Both the position numbers and the translations under genes were made by a program. From a virus (taxonomy: Duplodnaviria; Caudoviricetes): a stretch of DNA of 58,311 nucleotides. The notes beneath the pieces were generated by a model. The model was given only the letters and a program-made list of their open reading frames with translations. It was not told where the DNA came from and did not search any database. The stretch spans positions 1 through 58,311 of the IMG/VR virus record IMGVR_UViG_3300021962_000124; one strand, given 5' to 3'. The stretch's first letter is position 1. Each line of letters opens with the position of its first letter. Shown here in pieces: positions 1 to 9,618 of this stretch.

Positions 1-914
1 AAGATTCCATCAGCAACCGACTCTGCGAGACGCTTGTTAAGGGAAACGTTTTTCTCAATTTGCTCGTTGAGTTTTGTCTCCATTTCATCAAGTTTTTCTA
101 CCATGCTCTCAAGCACATCATATTTATCTTCAGGGATTGATACATAATGTTCTTCAAAAAGACCCTTCATTCCTTGGAGGAATGATTCGGTCATTTCAGT
201 CTTAAGACCGTGCTCGATAACGAGTGCATTTTCTTCCATCCACTCGCTCGCAACATACTCAAGGTATGCATCGAGACGCTCTGAAAGTTCGGTCTTAATC
301 TCTTCCACTTCTTCTGCAAGAGCAACTGCATATTGCTCCTCAAGTGCTTCCTTAATATCAGAAACCTTGGAACGAAGAGCAGCTTCAAAAATGGTTCTTG
401 CTTTTTCTTGGAACTCTTCTGAGAGTTCTTCACCTGCAAGCAGAGCATTAACATCTTCTTCGATGTCAAACTCTTCCTTCATTTCCTCTTCATCCTCTTC
501 TTCTTCGTCGTCTTCTTTCTCTTTCTTCTTACCGCCCTCTTCTTCTTCCTCTTCTTCGTGCTTAGCCTCTGCTACTACTTCCTCTTCGGTATCTTCTAAG
601 AGTTCTTCGTCTTCATCATACTCAAACTCTTCACCCTCCTTAACACCTTTCATACCCTCAGCAGCCTTAGCACCTTTATTGACAACATCTCTAACTTGCT
701 TAAGTGATCCACCTGGTGTCTTCAGTTTTGCTGAATCATCAGTTGAACGATAGTTAGAAGGATCGGGACCTCCAAGGTCTTCCCAACCGGCAGTTTGTCC
801 TGGTGTTGCACCAGATAGACTTGGCATTGCATCCCCTGCCTTAGCACCAGCATTGACAGCGGTTTTGGATTGCTTAGTGCCTACTTCCATTTCTTGTAAA
901 TCTCCACGAGACAT
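1..914 (-). CDS. gp22: Prohead core scaffold protein (runs off the window edge)
   Basis: Hand-translated, not in ORF track: MSRGDLQEMEVG...acidic tract...ELSEEFQEKARTIFEAAL...YLEYVASEWMEEN...; directly downstream of gp21; late promoter at 952-959. Confidence 0.92.
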   Translation of the reverse strand, partial: MSRGDLQEMEVGTKQSKTAVNAGAKAGDAMPSLSGATPGQTAGWEDLGGPDPSNYRSTDDSAKLKTPGGSLKQVRDVVNKGAKAAEGMKGVKEGEEFEYDEDEELLEDTEEEVVAEAKHEEEEEEEGGKKKEKEDDEEEEDEEEMKEEFDIEEDVNALLAGEELSEEFQEKARTIFEAALRSKVSDIKEALEEQYAVALAEEVEEIKTELSERLDAYLEYVASEWMEENALVIEHGLKTEMTESFLQGMKGLFEEHYVSIPEDKYDVLESMVEKLDEMETKLNEQIEKNVSLNKRLAESVADGI

Positions 915-951
915 TTGAACTCTCCGTTTACCTTTAGTTATAAACTATATT

Positions 952-959
952 TATTTATA
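952..959 (-). promoter_or_regulatory. T4-type late promoter TATAAATA
   Basis: Exact T4 late consensus 37 nt upstream of the gp22 ATG. Confidence 0.8.
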
Positions 960-969
960 AATTAATAAA

Positions 970-1620
970 TTACAATGAGTTTAAAAACTCATTAAAAAGA
1001 CTTAATTTGTACTCTTCAAGTAGTTTTTCATCTACAAGAGTATTAATTCTTCTCTGAGTTTGCTCTGCCATTTTTTCGCGGAGCATTCCACCATCCCAAA
1101 TCCACTCCTTTCCTTCCATAATTCCCTGAACGAATGCATCAGGTGCAGAAGGATCTGCAACAATATCAGCAGCAGTTGCTAACATAAAATCTTCACCAAC
1201 TTCAGTGTATCCTTCGTTGTTTGGTTTTACTGAACCAATACCACGAGAAGAAACGCCGAGAGTTACTCCTTCCTTTAAAAGTGACTCAGCAATTTTACCC
1301 ATTGGAGTTGATAGAATCTGTGCCTTTCCAATGAAGTTATTTCCTTCACGCTGAAGAGAAACAATTTTATGAGAAACGCGATCCAGATTTACGGTTGGAC
1401 CGTCAGGATGGCCGAGTTCTCCGAGAGCACGACCTTTTTCTACATACTGCTCAGTATAACGCTTTACCTCTCTTTCCATAACAGGCAAACGATACATTCT
1501 ACCATTTCTATTAACTACTTCAGTTTGAAGAAATGGTCCTTGAATATAAAGAGTCTTCTTACCGTTGACCGTTTCGGTAAGAACTTCTACTGATTCGATT
1601 TCTTCGGTAATGAGTTTCAT
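970..1620 (-). CDS. gp21: Prohead core protease
   Basis: MKLITE start, NRNGRMY, ALGELGHP, GVSSRGIGS, DIVADPSAPDAFV motifs; synteny. Confidence 0.97.
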   Translation of the reverse strand: MKLITEEIESVEVLTETVNGKKTLYIQGPFLQTEVVNRNGRMYRLPVMEREVKRYTEQYVEKGRALGELGHPDGPTVNLDRVSHKIVSLQREGNNFIGKAQILSTPMGKIAESLLKEGVTLGVSSRGIGSVKPNNEGYTEVGEDFMLATAADIVADPSAPDAFVQGIMEGKEWIWDGGMLREKMAEQTQRRINTLVDEKLLEEYKLSLFNEFLNSL

Positions 1621-2171
1621 TATGCTTGACCTGTAATTTGTACTTGTTGAAAATAAAGTGTTCCTGATCCGACTCCGTAAGCAGAAATCTTATTAGAAAC
1701 AACCACTGATGCATCTGCAGCAGAGAATGCAGTTACAATTCCACTTGAATCATAATTTACAGTCATTCTTGTCTGGAAATATCCATCAAAACCTGCAGAT
1801 GTATCAATAGATAAAACTTGTTGGTGAGTAAAGTTGTAATATGATTGACCAGTAGCAGTTAGAGTTACATAATCACCAACCGCAAATGGAACTTGAGTTC
1901 CTTCTGGGACAGTAACAATAGTAGTTGTTCCAGTTGTTACTCCAACAACTCTGTTTGATGCTTTAGTTAATCCTAAAGTTACAGTCTCACCTGCTGGGAC
2001 ATAATAATCAGCACTAGTTGCTGATGGAGTAACACCAATTGCAACGTGAGCGGCACCGCCAACTGCAACCACTCTCAAAACGCTAGACTGTACTGTAAAA
2101 GCAGATGAAGTTGTTGCAGCACCTGCAGTAAATGTAAATGAGGAACCCGCCCCAACTGGTCTATGAGCCAT
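1620..2171 (-). CDS. Hypothetical protein, probably virion structural
   Basis: 183 aa, T/V/G/S-rich beta-type composition; stop overlaps gp21 start; late promoter upstream. Confidence 0.75.
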   Translation of the reverse strand: MAHRPVGAGSSFTFTAGAATTSSAFTVQSSVLRVVAVGGAAHVAIGVTPSATSADYYVPAGETVTLGLTKASNRVVGVTTGTTTIVTVPEGTQVPFAVGDYVTLTATGQSYYNFTHQQVLSIDTSAGFDGYFQTRMTVNYDSSGIVTAFSAADASVVVSNKISAYGVGSGTLYFQQVQITGQA

Positions 2172-2194
2172 TATTTTTATAATACACTTTTAGT

Positions 2195-2202
2195 TATTTA
2201 TT
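2195..2202 (-). promoter_or_regulatory. Late promoter AATAAATA
   Basis: Intergenic, about 24 nt upstream of the ATG at 2171. Confidence 0.6.
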
Positions 2203-2208
2203 ATTTAA

Positions 2209-3792
2209 TTAATCTTCTACATAAACGAATGAAGCACTGGCAGCAGTAATGTTGCTAGTGGAAGTAATTACTGCGGTTAAAAAACTGTTTGGCGGAATAT
2301 GAATACCCATATCAATTAAATTAACATCAATTGTGTCTCCATTAGATACATGGAAAGCAGCAATTGCAGGTGTGGATTGTGCTGCTAATGCAAATAAACC
2401 AGTAGTATCCTGTGTTGCATATAGAGACGCATTAAAGTCTGTTTGTGTTGTCCATCTCAAATAATTTGTAAGTATTGGATTGTAATATAAACTAACAACT
2501 GCTGGATTTCCGGTAGTATTGACTGATCCAGTAAGTCTTGAGATAATAAGATCTCTGGTATTGATTTTATTTTGATAAATCAGTTTATTCTTAAGTGAGA
2601 CTAAATGATATAAAGAACCAGGAGAATTCATAGAATCTGTTCTGGTTGCTGTTACTGAAAATGGAAGACGAGTTCTTTCAACTATTCCTTCAATTGCACC
2701 TAGGAAAGATGCGCCTCTACAAGTAACAACTCCAACAGCGTTATTCAAATTTGCTGCAACATATCCAATCTTCATTGATGGATTGTCCAAGTGTGGAATT
2801 TCGTTTTTATTTGTATAATGCTCGTGATGGAAAAAGAACATATCTCCATTACGAGGGTTCTCCATAGCATATCTAATTTCACCAACACCCAACCAACGGA
2901 AGTTGATTTGATATACATTTAACTTTGATGGGTCTACGGTTACTCCAGATGTACCAGTTCCATCAAGTTTATCAAGATTAAAGTCTTCCTGAAATGTCCA
3001 ATATTCCGTTTGTGCTGCTCCCGTTTGAAGATGCGAATTTGTAAATGTGATAGTATTAGTGCTGGTAATATTGAATGTTCCGCTTTGATTTCCGAGAGAT
3101 GTTGATAAAAATCTCAATCTACTTTGATCATATTCTGCAACATATAGAGCCTCAAAAAGTGCCTGTCCCCGTAATCCTTGAACTAGTTGAGATAAATTAC
3201 CAGCAAGTGTTCCTGAATTTAAAGTTACTGCAGTGAATGTTGTACTATTTAAAGTGACAGTTACAGATCCATCTGCTAAGGTAGTAAAGTCAAATCCGTG
3301 AATATGTGCTTTTCCTCCATTAGCACGAAGAACACCAAACTTCCCATTCGTATGTGCGTATCCAATTTGAACCGCATTTTCTTGATTGAACAATCCTGCT
3401 CTTTGAGTAAATCCTACAGGATTACTTGAAAATGATGCAGTAAATCTAGCAACTGCACCTTGTCCTGGACGATATCTAAGAAAGTTAGTGCTTCGGATAA
3501 CACCGTAAGAGTTTGCACTTGAACCAGCACCCACAACAAATCTTGAACTGCTATGCGTAGCAATTCCTGTTGCACTGAATGTATAGGTTTCAAACTCTCT
3601 TGGATTTAATCCATAAACCGCATCACCCTGAACTTTTGGTGTCAATGGGATAGCAAGATTTTCACCAAATGCAGATTTAGAACAGGCACCTTCATTTAGA
3701 ATATTTCCATACTCATCGGCACGGAGATAAACTTCATGAAGTGTTCGTTCTTGATTTAAATAATCTTGTGTAGATTTATTCCACTGAGCCAT
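2209..3792 (-). CDS. Hypothetical protein, probably virion structural
   Basis: 527-aa ORF inside the head gene cluster, beta-rich composition. Confidence 0.75.
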   Translation of the reverse strand: MAQWNKSTQDYLNQERTLHEVYLRADEYGNILNEGACSKSAFGENLAIPLTPKVQGDAVYGLNPREFETYTFSATGIATHSSSRFVVGAGSSANSYGVIRSTNFLRYRPGQGAVARFTASFSSNPVGFTQRAGLFNQENAVQIGYAHTNGKFGVLRANGGKAHIHGFDFTTLADGSVTVTLNSTTFTAVTLNSGTLAGNLSQLVQGLRGQALFEALYVAEYDQSRLRFLSTSLGNQSGTFNITSTNTITFTNSHLQTGAAQTEYWTFQEDFNLDKLDGTGTSGVTVDPSKLNVYQINFRWLGVGEIRYAMENPRNGDMFFFHHEHYTNKNEIPHLDNPSMKIGYVAANLNNAVGVVTCRGASFLGAIEGIVERTRLPFSVTATRTDSMNSPGSLYHLVSLKNKLIYQNKINTRDLIISRLTGSVNTTGNPAVVSLYYNPILTNYLRWTTQTDFNASLYATQDTTGLFALAAQSTPAIAAFHVSNGDTIDVNLIDMGIHIPPNSFLTAVITSTSNITAASASFVYVED

Positions 3793-3795
3793 TTA

Positions 3796-4116
3796 TCAAT
3801 CAATCCATTCTAATTTTGATGGGTGGTATCTGCTTGCTCTTTTGATATTGCAGTTCTTTTCTGCAATTGGATAAATTTGATGAACAATTGCACCTGGATA
3901 TTCTGCTTGTAATTCTTCACCTAAAGATTGTTTAGATGGAATACCTGTTCTACTGGTTAATTCCATCCTATAAAGACTTCCGTTCCACAGTACATCCGCA
4001 ACATATCCTTCACCAACCGATTGTTGCTCTGGTTGAGAAGAATTGATGTAAAGATTTCCGTTAAAGTCTCCGGAAATATTTACAGACTCTGAGATGAACT
4101 GCTTAAAGGATTTCAT
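3796..4116 (-). CDS. Hypothetical protein, candidate internal head protein
   Basis: 106 aa; N-terminus MKSFKQFISE resembles the T4 internal-protein capsid targeting sequence. Confidence 0.75.
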   Translation of the reverse strand: MKSFKQFISESVNISGDFNGNLYINSSQPEQQSVGEGYVADVLWNGSLYRMELTSRTGIPSKQSLGEELQAEYPGAIVHQIYPIAEKNCNIKRASRYHPSKLEWID

Positions 4117-4274
4117 TCTTCCTCTTCTGTTTCGCTATTGAACATTGCGTTTGCTACTGCAGGGCGGAAATCATCAACTTTTTCTGCCGCTTTTGCAAAT
4201 AAAAGGTCTTTAATCTTATCACTAATCTGCGAAGGAGATTCGTCAGTAGCAATCATATCCAGTAAATCATCCAT
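4113..4274 (-). CDS. Small acidic protein at the gp67 prohead-core position
   Basis: Hand-translated 53 aa MDDLLDMIATDESPSQISDKIKDLLFAKAAEKVDDFRPAVANAMFNSETEEEE; ATGA overlap with next gene; TATAAATA at 4303-4310. Confidence 0.75.
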   Translation of the reverse strand: MDDLLDMIATDESPSQISDKIKDLLFAKAAEKVDDFRPAVANAMFNSETEEEE

Positions 4275-4302
4275 TGTTAAAATTCCAATCAGTAATCGTT
4301 TT

Positions 4303-4310
4303 TATTTATA
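4303..4310 (-). promoter_or_regulatory. Late promoter TATAAATA
   Basis: Exact consensus overlapping the gp20 stop codon. Confidence 0.7.
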
Positions 4311-5994
4311 TCTCACCGCCCTTGGGCATTTCTACTGCTTTAGCATTAATTTCTGTTGATTTTTCTTGAGACCTTAAATCTGGTTCCATTACTGGTTGTC
4401 CAAGATCCATTTGTGCAGTTTGATCTAACGGCATTCCTGTCATTGGATCAACTGGTGCATTTGGATCTGGAATAATTCCTTCTTCAATTTCTTTTTTGAT
4501 AAGTTCATCTTGCTCAAGAATTTCAACATCAGTTTGGCGAAGAACCTTTCTTCTTACATAATCTTGCGAGAAATACTTTCCAACATAAGGTTCTGCAATC
4601 TGAACCATATTTAATCTTTCATTAAGTAACTCCGCATCTTTTAGTTCTGCAAAGTGATTATCATATAGGAAGTCATACTGAATATGCTCATCCATTTTAT
4701 TCCAGTCTTCTGGAGTAATAATATTTTTGAGAATTAATTGAGTTCTCAGCATATCGCTAAACATATATGAGAATCTCTTTCTCAAACGAGCAACAAACTT
4801 ACTAAACTTAACTTCATCTCTTAGAATTTCTGATGAACGACCAAGGTTAAATCCACCTTCTCCATCCATTCTCGATGGTGGTACATTCAATGAGCGATAA
4901 AGTTTTTTCTTGAAGTACTCAATATCAGTGATCTCCCCAAGATTTTGTCCGCCAGGAAGTGTAGAGATTTCGGTTCCTCTTCCACCTTCTCTTCTTGGAA
5001 GCCAGAAATCCTCAAGCATTGCCATAAACTTTTTATCATCACGAACTTCGCCAGTGCTTGCATCATAAACAAGTTTATTGCGATATCTCATCATAACATC
5101 TCTGAGATATTGTTCTGCTTTAACTTTGGGAAGATTGCCTACATCAATGTAGAAAATTCTTCTTTCAGGAGCACGAGAAAGACGATAGATAACGAGAGAA
5201 TCCTCAATCATGCGAAGTTGATTGAGTGATTTGATTGCTTTATGAAGATATGAAAGAGTTGATCCTTTATTTCTATCTACAAGACCTGATGTGCAATAAG
5301 TGATAGAATCCTTTGTCATTCTAACACCAGAGTTTGATCCACCCAAATTTCCAGGAGCTGGAGTTCCTGTCGGGTAAGTCATTTTTGGCTCATAAATGAA
5401 ATATTCTTCAATCTCTGGAAAATCATAATCCATTGGATTGTCAATATTCCTATTTGAGACTCTATATTTGTTATCTTCTTTTTTAATTGCCTGCCGAACA
5501 TAACGCATTTTCATTGCGTCAATGTATCTCAGTTCTTGTATTCCTGCTTCTGGATTTTTGAGATCAACTACTTTATGATAATAAAGTCTCCCATCAATAT
5601 ACCAATTTCTATAAATTTCGTGAGATTTCTTATCAAAATCTAAAAGTTCTAAAATATGCTTAAATTCTTGTCTAATTTTTTTCTTAATACCATCACTTGC
5701 ATTCAGATTATCCAAGTCAATCTGAACAGGACTATCATTTGTATCTGATACAATTGCTTCATTTACAATATCTTCGATGGCACTATCACATTCTGGATGA
5801 AGTGCCATTTCACGATATCTTTTAATAAGATCAAATTCTGTTCTATATACGCCTTCAATATCTACATACGAACCAAAAAAACCACTACTCAGGTAATGAT
5901 CAACCCCGTCCTCCTTATTAGGGGGGACGGGGGAAACAGCACCAGGAGATAATGGTTCGTTATCATCAATCGAAAAACCAAAAAGTTTCGCCAT
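4306..5994 (-). CDS. gp20: Portal vertex protein
   Basis: YRLSRAPERRIFYIDVGNLPK, EDFWLPRREGGRGTEI, ILRDEVKF motifs. Confidence 0.99.
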   Translation of the reverse strand: MAKLFGFSIDDNEPLSPGAVSPVPPNKEDGVDHYLSSGFFGSYVDIEGVYRTEFDLIKRYREMALHPECDSAIEDIVNEAIVSDTNDSPVQIDLDNLNASDGIKKKIRQEFKHILELLDFDKKSHEIYRNWYIDGRLYYHKVVDLKNPEAGIQELRYIDAMKMRYVRQAIKKEDNKYRVSNRNIDNPMDYDFPEIEEYFIYEPKMTYPTGTPAPGNLGGSNSGVRMTKDSITYCTSGLVDRNKGSTLSYLHKAIKSLNQLRMIEDSLVIYRLSRAPERRIFYIDVGNLPKVKAEQYLRDVMMRYRNKLVYDASTGEVRDDKKFMAMLEDFWLPRREGGRGTEISTLPGGQNLGEITDIEYFKKKLYRSLNVPPSRMDGEGGFNLGRSSEILRDEVKFSKFVARLRKRFSYMFSDMLRTQLILKNIITPEDWNKMDEHIQYDFLYDNHFAELKDAELLNERLNMVQIAEPYVGKYFSQDYVRRKVLRQTDVEILEQDELIKKEIEEGIIPDPNAPVDPMTGMPLDQTAQMDLGQPVMEPDLRSQEKSTEINAKAVEMPKGGEI

Positions 5995-6024
5995 AATTTA
6001 TTTTTTTAACTTTAACGTTTAGAC

Positions 6025-6032
6025 TATTTATT
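6025..6032 (-). promoter_or_regulatory. Late promoter AATAAATA
   Basis: Between the gp19 stop and gp20 start. Confidence 0.65.
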
Positions 6033-6642
6033 ATTCTCCTAGTTCTCCTTTTTTAGCTGGAGTCCAGTATTGAACCTGGAATTCTACAGTGAATTCTTCA
6101 ATTGTATCAGTGGTATCATAACTCAAATCAATTGCACTAATATTTGTGGGGAAGATGTCATGAAACTTATAAATTATTTCTTCCTTAACATTAGAATTGT
6201 TTGTGTTTAGACCTTGACCTTCTCCCGCACCTTCACCAGTAGTTCTGACGTTAGATGGAAGTCTTGTTAGTTGCTTAACATAAGCATCTACCATATAAGA
6301 TTCGGGTGCAGTTGCTCCACTTGCATCACCATATTGTCCAATGAATTGCATCCAATCTTCCATAACCTTTCTGATTCTGAAAGACTCATCATTAATTACA
6401 GTGATTGTCCAGGTATCAAATGTTCTGTCACCAGCGACTTTAAAAATTCTTCCTCTAAAAGGAACATCAATCATTCCAATGTTTGATGCTGGAAGTTGTG
6501 CTGCTTTACAAAGAATAGAAAAGTCTTCACCAAGGGTTCCTCCACCGGGAATATTTGAGGGAATGCGAACCTCAAATAGATTGGGGCGGGCCCCCCCGCC
6601 AATCAGTGTGGATTTAAATTTTTGAATGGTTGATTCTGCCAT
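6031..6642 (-). CDS. gp19: Tail tube protein
   Basis: GGARPNLFEV, FRGRIFKVAGDRTFDTWTIT, IEEFTVEFQVQYW. Confidence 0.97.
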   Translation of the reverse strand: MAESTIQKFKSTLIGGGARPNLFEVRIPSNIPGGGTLGEDFSILCKAAQLPASNIGMIDVPFRGRIFKVAGDRTFDTWTITVINDESFRIRKVMEDWMQFIGQYGDASGATAPESYMVDAYVKQLTRLPSNVRTTGEGAGEGQGLNTNNSNVKEEIIYKFHDIFPTNISAIDLSYDTTDTIEEFTVEFQVQYWTPAKKGELGE

Positions 6643-6675
6643 TTTTAGTTCCTCGTTTTGTAGTTAAGTTAAAAA

Positions 6676-9306
6676 TCAAACTGTTCCAACAACTTCTTCA
6701 AATGCAACACCAGTTCTAGTGGCAACAAATGTAAGGGTTACATAGTTAATGGACTTGGCAGGCTTCAGGAAGATGTCTGCTCTAAATTCATTATTATCAA
6801 TAACATCTGGAGTATTATTAGAAGAATCACAAACTACCAAGAATCCATAGAGACCACGCTTTGCCTGAACATCACGGAGATATGGTTCAACAATGTTTCT
6901 AAAGTTTGCTCTCGTAATCTCATCGTTTAACTCAAATAGTTGAGCTTGAGCACTTCTTTCTAATGCCTGTTCAATTGTGAGGAATAGGCGACGAACATTG
7001 ATTCTGTCAAATGCAGATGCATATCCTAGAGCGGTTTTATCTCCAAATAGGAGAATTCCAATTCCAGGTTGTGCTACAATTGCATTAATTCTTTGAGGAT
7101 AAAGTTGATCCCTTTGTGCTTTATTGGGGCTATATGCAAGTCTAATGGCATTGTTCAAAATTCCTCTCTGCTGACCAGCAGGAGAGAACCAAGGATATGC
7201 CTGAATACTTGTTCTAACCATCAATCCAGCAACGTCAGGGTTGGTTGGAATGTAGCGGAACTTATTATTAAATCTGTCATATGTATATTTGTATCCAGTA
7301 TCGAATACTGCATATGAAGATGATGGGAGGAATGAATAGAATTCAATAATGTTGTCAGTAATTTGATCTGGTGTCAGATACTGTCTTAATCCAGTTGAGT
7401 ACTCTGGTTCTGAGACAACATCTCCTCTGTGTGGAGAAATGACTGCCATACAATCCTTTCTCTGTTCAGCAATAGAGATCAAGTGTGCTGCCTTAGCTTG
7501 CGATTCAAATTTGTTTGCTAAACCTGGACCCATAATTAAATAATCTACCGCAATTTCGTCTCTATTTGCAAAGAGATCATATGAGGTAAATAGATCACCT
7601 AAAGTTGCGGTCATCGTACCAGTTTCTCCCGGCGACAGATCTGGATCGCCGTAATCCTTACCACCGGTTAGGACATATTGGGCATTACCAATAGCACTGA
7701 ACACTTTGTCCTGTGCAGGTTCGTTCCAGAGACCTTCTGCAACCGTATATGGTGAGAATGATTCGGAGAATCCTACTTGATAAACCTCCTCATTATTTTC
7801 ATTATCTGAAGGATTATCTCCTGCATACAGATAATTTGAATATTGTGCAAGGTATTCCTTGTACCAAATCTTCGTACCTGGATTTACTGCAGAAACGGCA
7901 TCAGTAGCTTTGGATAGATTTAGGTGTTTCTCTAGAAGATTTCCTTGGATTCCAGTAACATCTCCAGTATCATCAATTACGACTACGTGGAGAGTATCTC
8001 CTTTTCCATTTCTATCCAGAACATATCTATTCGTTACTGGTTTTGGTGCAATTGATCTCCAGTAAATATCAGCATTTACTAGATCAAGTTTTTGCTCATC
8101 ATACCAATCTTTAACAAAAGAACTACCTGCAGGTAACGTATAAGTTGTAACTAAACCAGTTGCAGTTCCTACTCCAGCAGTACTATCAATAAATCTTATT
8201 GTAGTTATTCCGCCACTAGCTGATGTTGGTCTTATTGAAAATGCTCTATTCTTTGCCTTATAATCAATAGGAGTATCTACATCCGTACCAATTGCAACTC
8301 TAGAGACAATCTTTACATCAATTTCAGTATCCCTAACTCCAGTTACAATACCCTTTAGATAACCAGTGAAAGTTGTGTTTATACCATTTGATTGAGTATA
8401 AGTTACATTATTCAATGCAACCGTGACTCCCAGACCAACTCCATTATCAGATCTAGCAATCAGAGTGTTATATACGGCAGTTCCAATTCCGATGATTTGA
8501 TCTGCTTTATCATCAATGATACAGACTTTGAGATTGTTTGACCAAGAACCTGGGTTCTTTGCTGAGAACATATATCCAGCAATATCATCCGCATAATTTA
8601 ACTGATAATCGTCGAAGTTTTTGATTTTTAATTCGGACTCACCTACTATTGAAGCTCCGTTGGTGGTATAGATGTCACTGATAGCAAAAGTAAATCCAAC
8701 TCCAATAGCGACTGCATTTCCTGTTGTTCCAACACCAACCGCAGTTGTGCCGATACCAATTACATCTCCTTCATTAAATCCATTACCACCATTTACGATA
8801 GAAACTGATACAGTAGAACCGGTTCCTGCTCCACCATCTGCAACAACGACAGTAAATATTGCTCCATATGATGCGGAGTCGCCACCATTAACTGCATAGG
8901 TTGCAATTCCACTTGTTCTAAATGTGTAAGTTCCGGGTTTTCTTAAAGTAGAAACACCAATAAACCCGGAATCTACATTCGTGTCAATAGCTTCTCCACT
9001 TCTGATTCTTCTTGCATTAGCATTTACAAGAGATTCTCCATCTGTTCTCACTACCTTCATTACTCCACCATAAGAAAGATATGATGAAGCACTCATCCAG
9101 TATTCATACTGTCCATCAAGAGACTGTGGTTTTCCGAATACGTTGAGAAGTTCTTTTTCTGTTGTGATATCTGTAGGGTCATCAACTGGACCTTGTGGGA
9201 ACGGAGCTGCAATAGCACCGATGTTATCCAATACATTATCAGCTCTTCCTACTGTTAAATCAACCTCTCTGATTAATACACCAGGAGATAATTGAGGAGT
9301 CGCCAT
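6676..9306 (-). CDS. gp18: Tail sheath protein
   Basis: LSPGVLIREVDLT N-terminus; WFSPAG, FDRINVRRLF, KPAKSINYVTLTFVATRTGVAFEEV C-terminus. Confidence 0.98.
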   Translation of the reverse strand: MATPQLSPGVLIREVDLTVGRADNVLDNIGAIAAPFPQGPVDDPTDITTEKELLNVFGKPQSLDGQYEYWMSASSYLSYGGVMKVVRTDGESLVNANARRIRSGEAIDTNVDSGFIGVSTLRKPGTYTFRTSGIATYAVNGGDSASYGAIFTVVVADGGAGTGSTVSVSIVNGGNGFNEGDVIGIGTTAVGVGTTGNAVAIGVGFTFAISDIYTTNGASIVGESELKIKNFDDYQLNYADDIAGYMFSAKNPGSWSNNLKVCIIDDKADQIIGIGTAVYNTLIARSDNGVGLGVTVALNNVTYTQSNGINTTFTGYLKGIVTGVRDTEIDVKIVSRVAIGTDVDTPIDYKAKNRAFSIRPTSASGGITTIRFIDSTAGVGTATGLVTTYTLPAGSSFVKDWYDEQKLDLVNADIYWRSIAPKPVTNRYVLDRNGKGDTLHVVVIDDTGDVTGIQGNLLEKHLNLSKATDAVSAVNPGTKIWYKEYLAQYSNYLYAGDNPSDNENNEEVYQVGFSESFSPYTVAEGLWNEPAQDKVFSAIGNAQYVLTGGKDYGDPDLSPGETGTMTATLGDLFTSYDLFANRDEIAVDYLIMGPGLANKFESQAKAAHLISIAEQRKDCMAVISPHRGDVVSEPEYSTGLRQYLTPDQITDNIIEFYSFLPSSSYAVFDTGYKYTYDRFNNKFRYIPTNPDVAGLMVRTSIQAYPWFSPAGQQRGILNNAIRLAYSPNKAQRDQLYPQRINAIVAQPGIGILLFGDKTALGYASAFDRINVRRLFLTIEQALERSAQAQLFELNDEITRANFRNIVEPYLRDVQAKRGLYGFLVVCDSSNNTPDVIDNNEFRADIFLKPAKSINYVTLTFVATRTGVAFEEVVGTV

Positions 9307-9340
9307 GTTTTTCTCCGTAAATCTCAGTTTAACTAAAAAA

Positions 9341-9348
9341 TATTTATT
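9341..9348 (-). promoter_or_regulatory. Late promoter AATAAATA
   Basis: Intergenic, upstream of gp18, followed by a GGAG ribosome-binding site. Confidence 0.7.
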
Positions 9349-9387
9349 AAAACCTCATTTTTCGCAAGGGAAACACGACGTGAATAT

Positions 9388-9618
9388 CTACCAATCGGGA
9401 TATTCTGTGTAAGAAATCGATATGGTTTTTTTCTTTGATCCCAAAACTCTTTTAATTGTACATTCTTTACACTCATAAGAAAAAGAAGAAGAAACTGGAC
9501 CTCTATCTTTACGTGTCCTATAAAATCCATCTATTAAATTTTTTTCCTCTCCACAAATTCTACACTTTCTATCATTTAATAATAGATGACCAAGTTCAAT
9601 TTGTTTATCTAGATCCAT
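9388..9618 (-). CDS. Small zinc-ribbon protein (CxxC...CxxC)
   Basis: CRIC and CKEC motifs; likely start MDLDKQ overlaps the gp17 stop (TAATG). Confidence 0.7.
   Translation of the reverse strand: MDLDKQIELGHLLLNDRKCRICGEEKNLIDGFYRTRKDRGPVSSSFSYECKECTIKRVLGSKKKTISISYTEYPDW

Noticed and set aside
191-753. ORF-track calls 191..469 (-) and 367..753 (+, Ser-rich)
   Set aside because: Alternative-frame and antisense shadows of the Glu-rich gp22 frame
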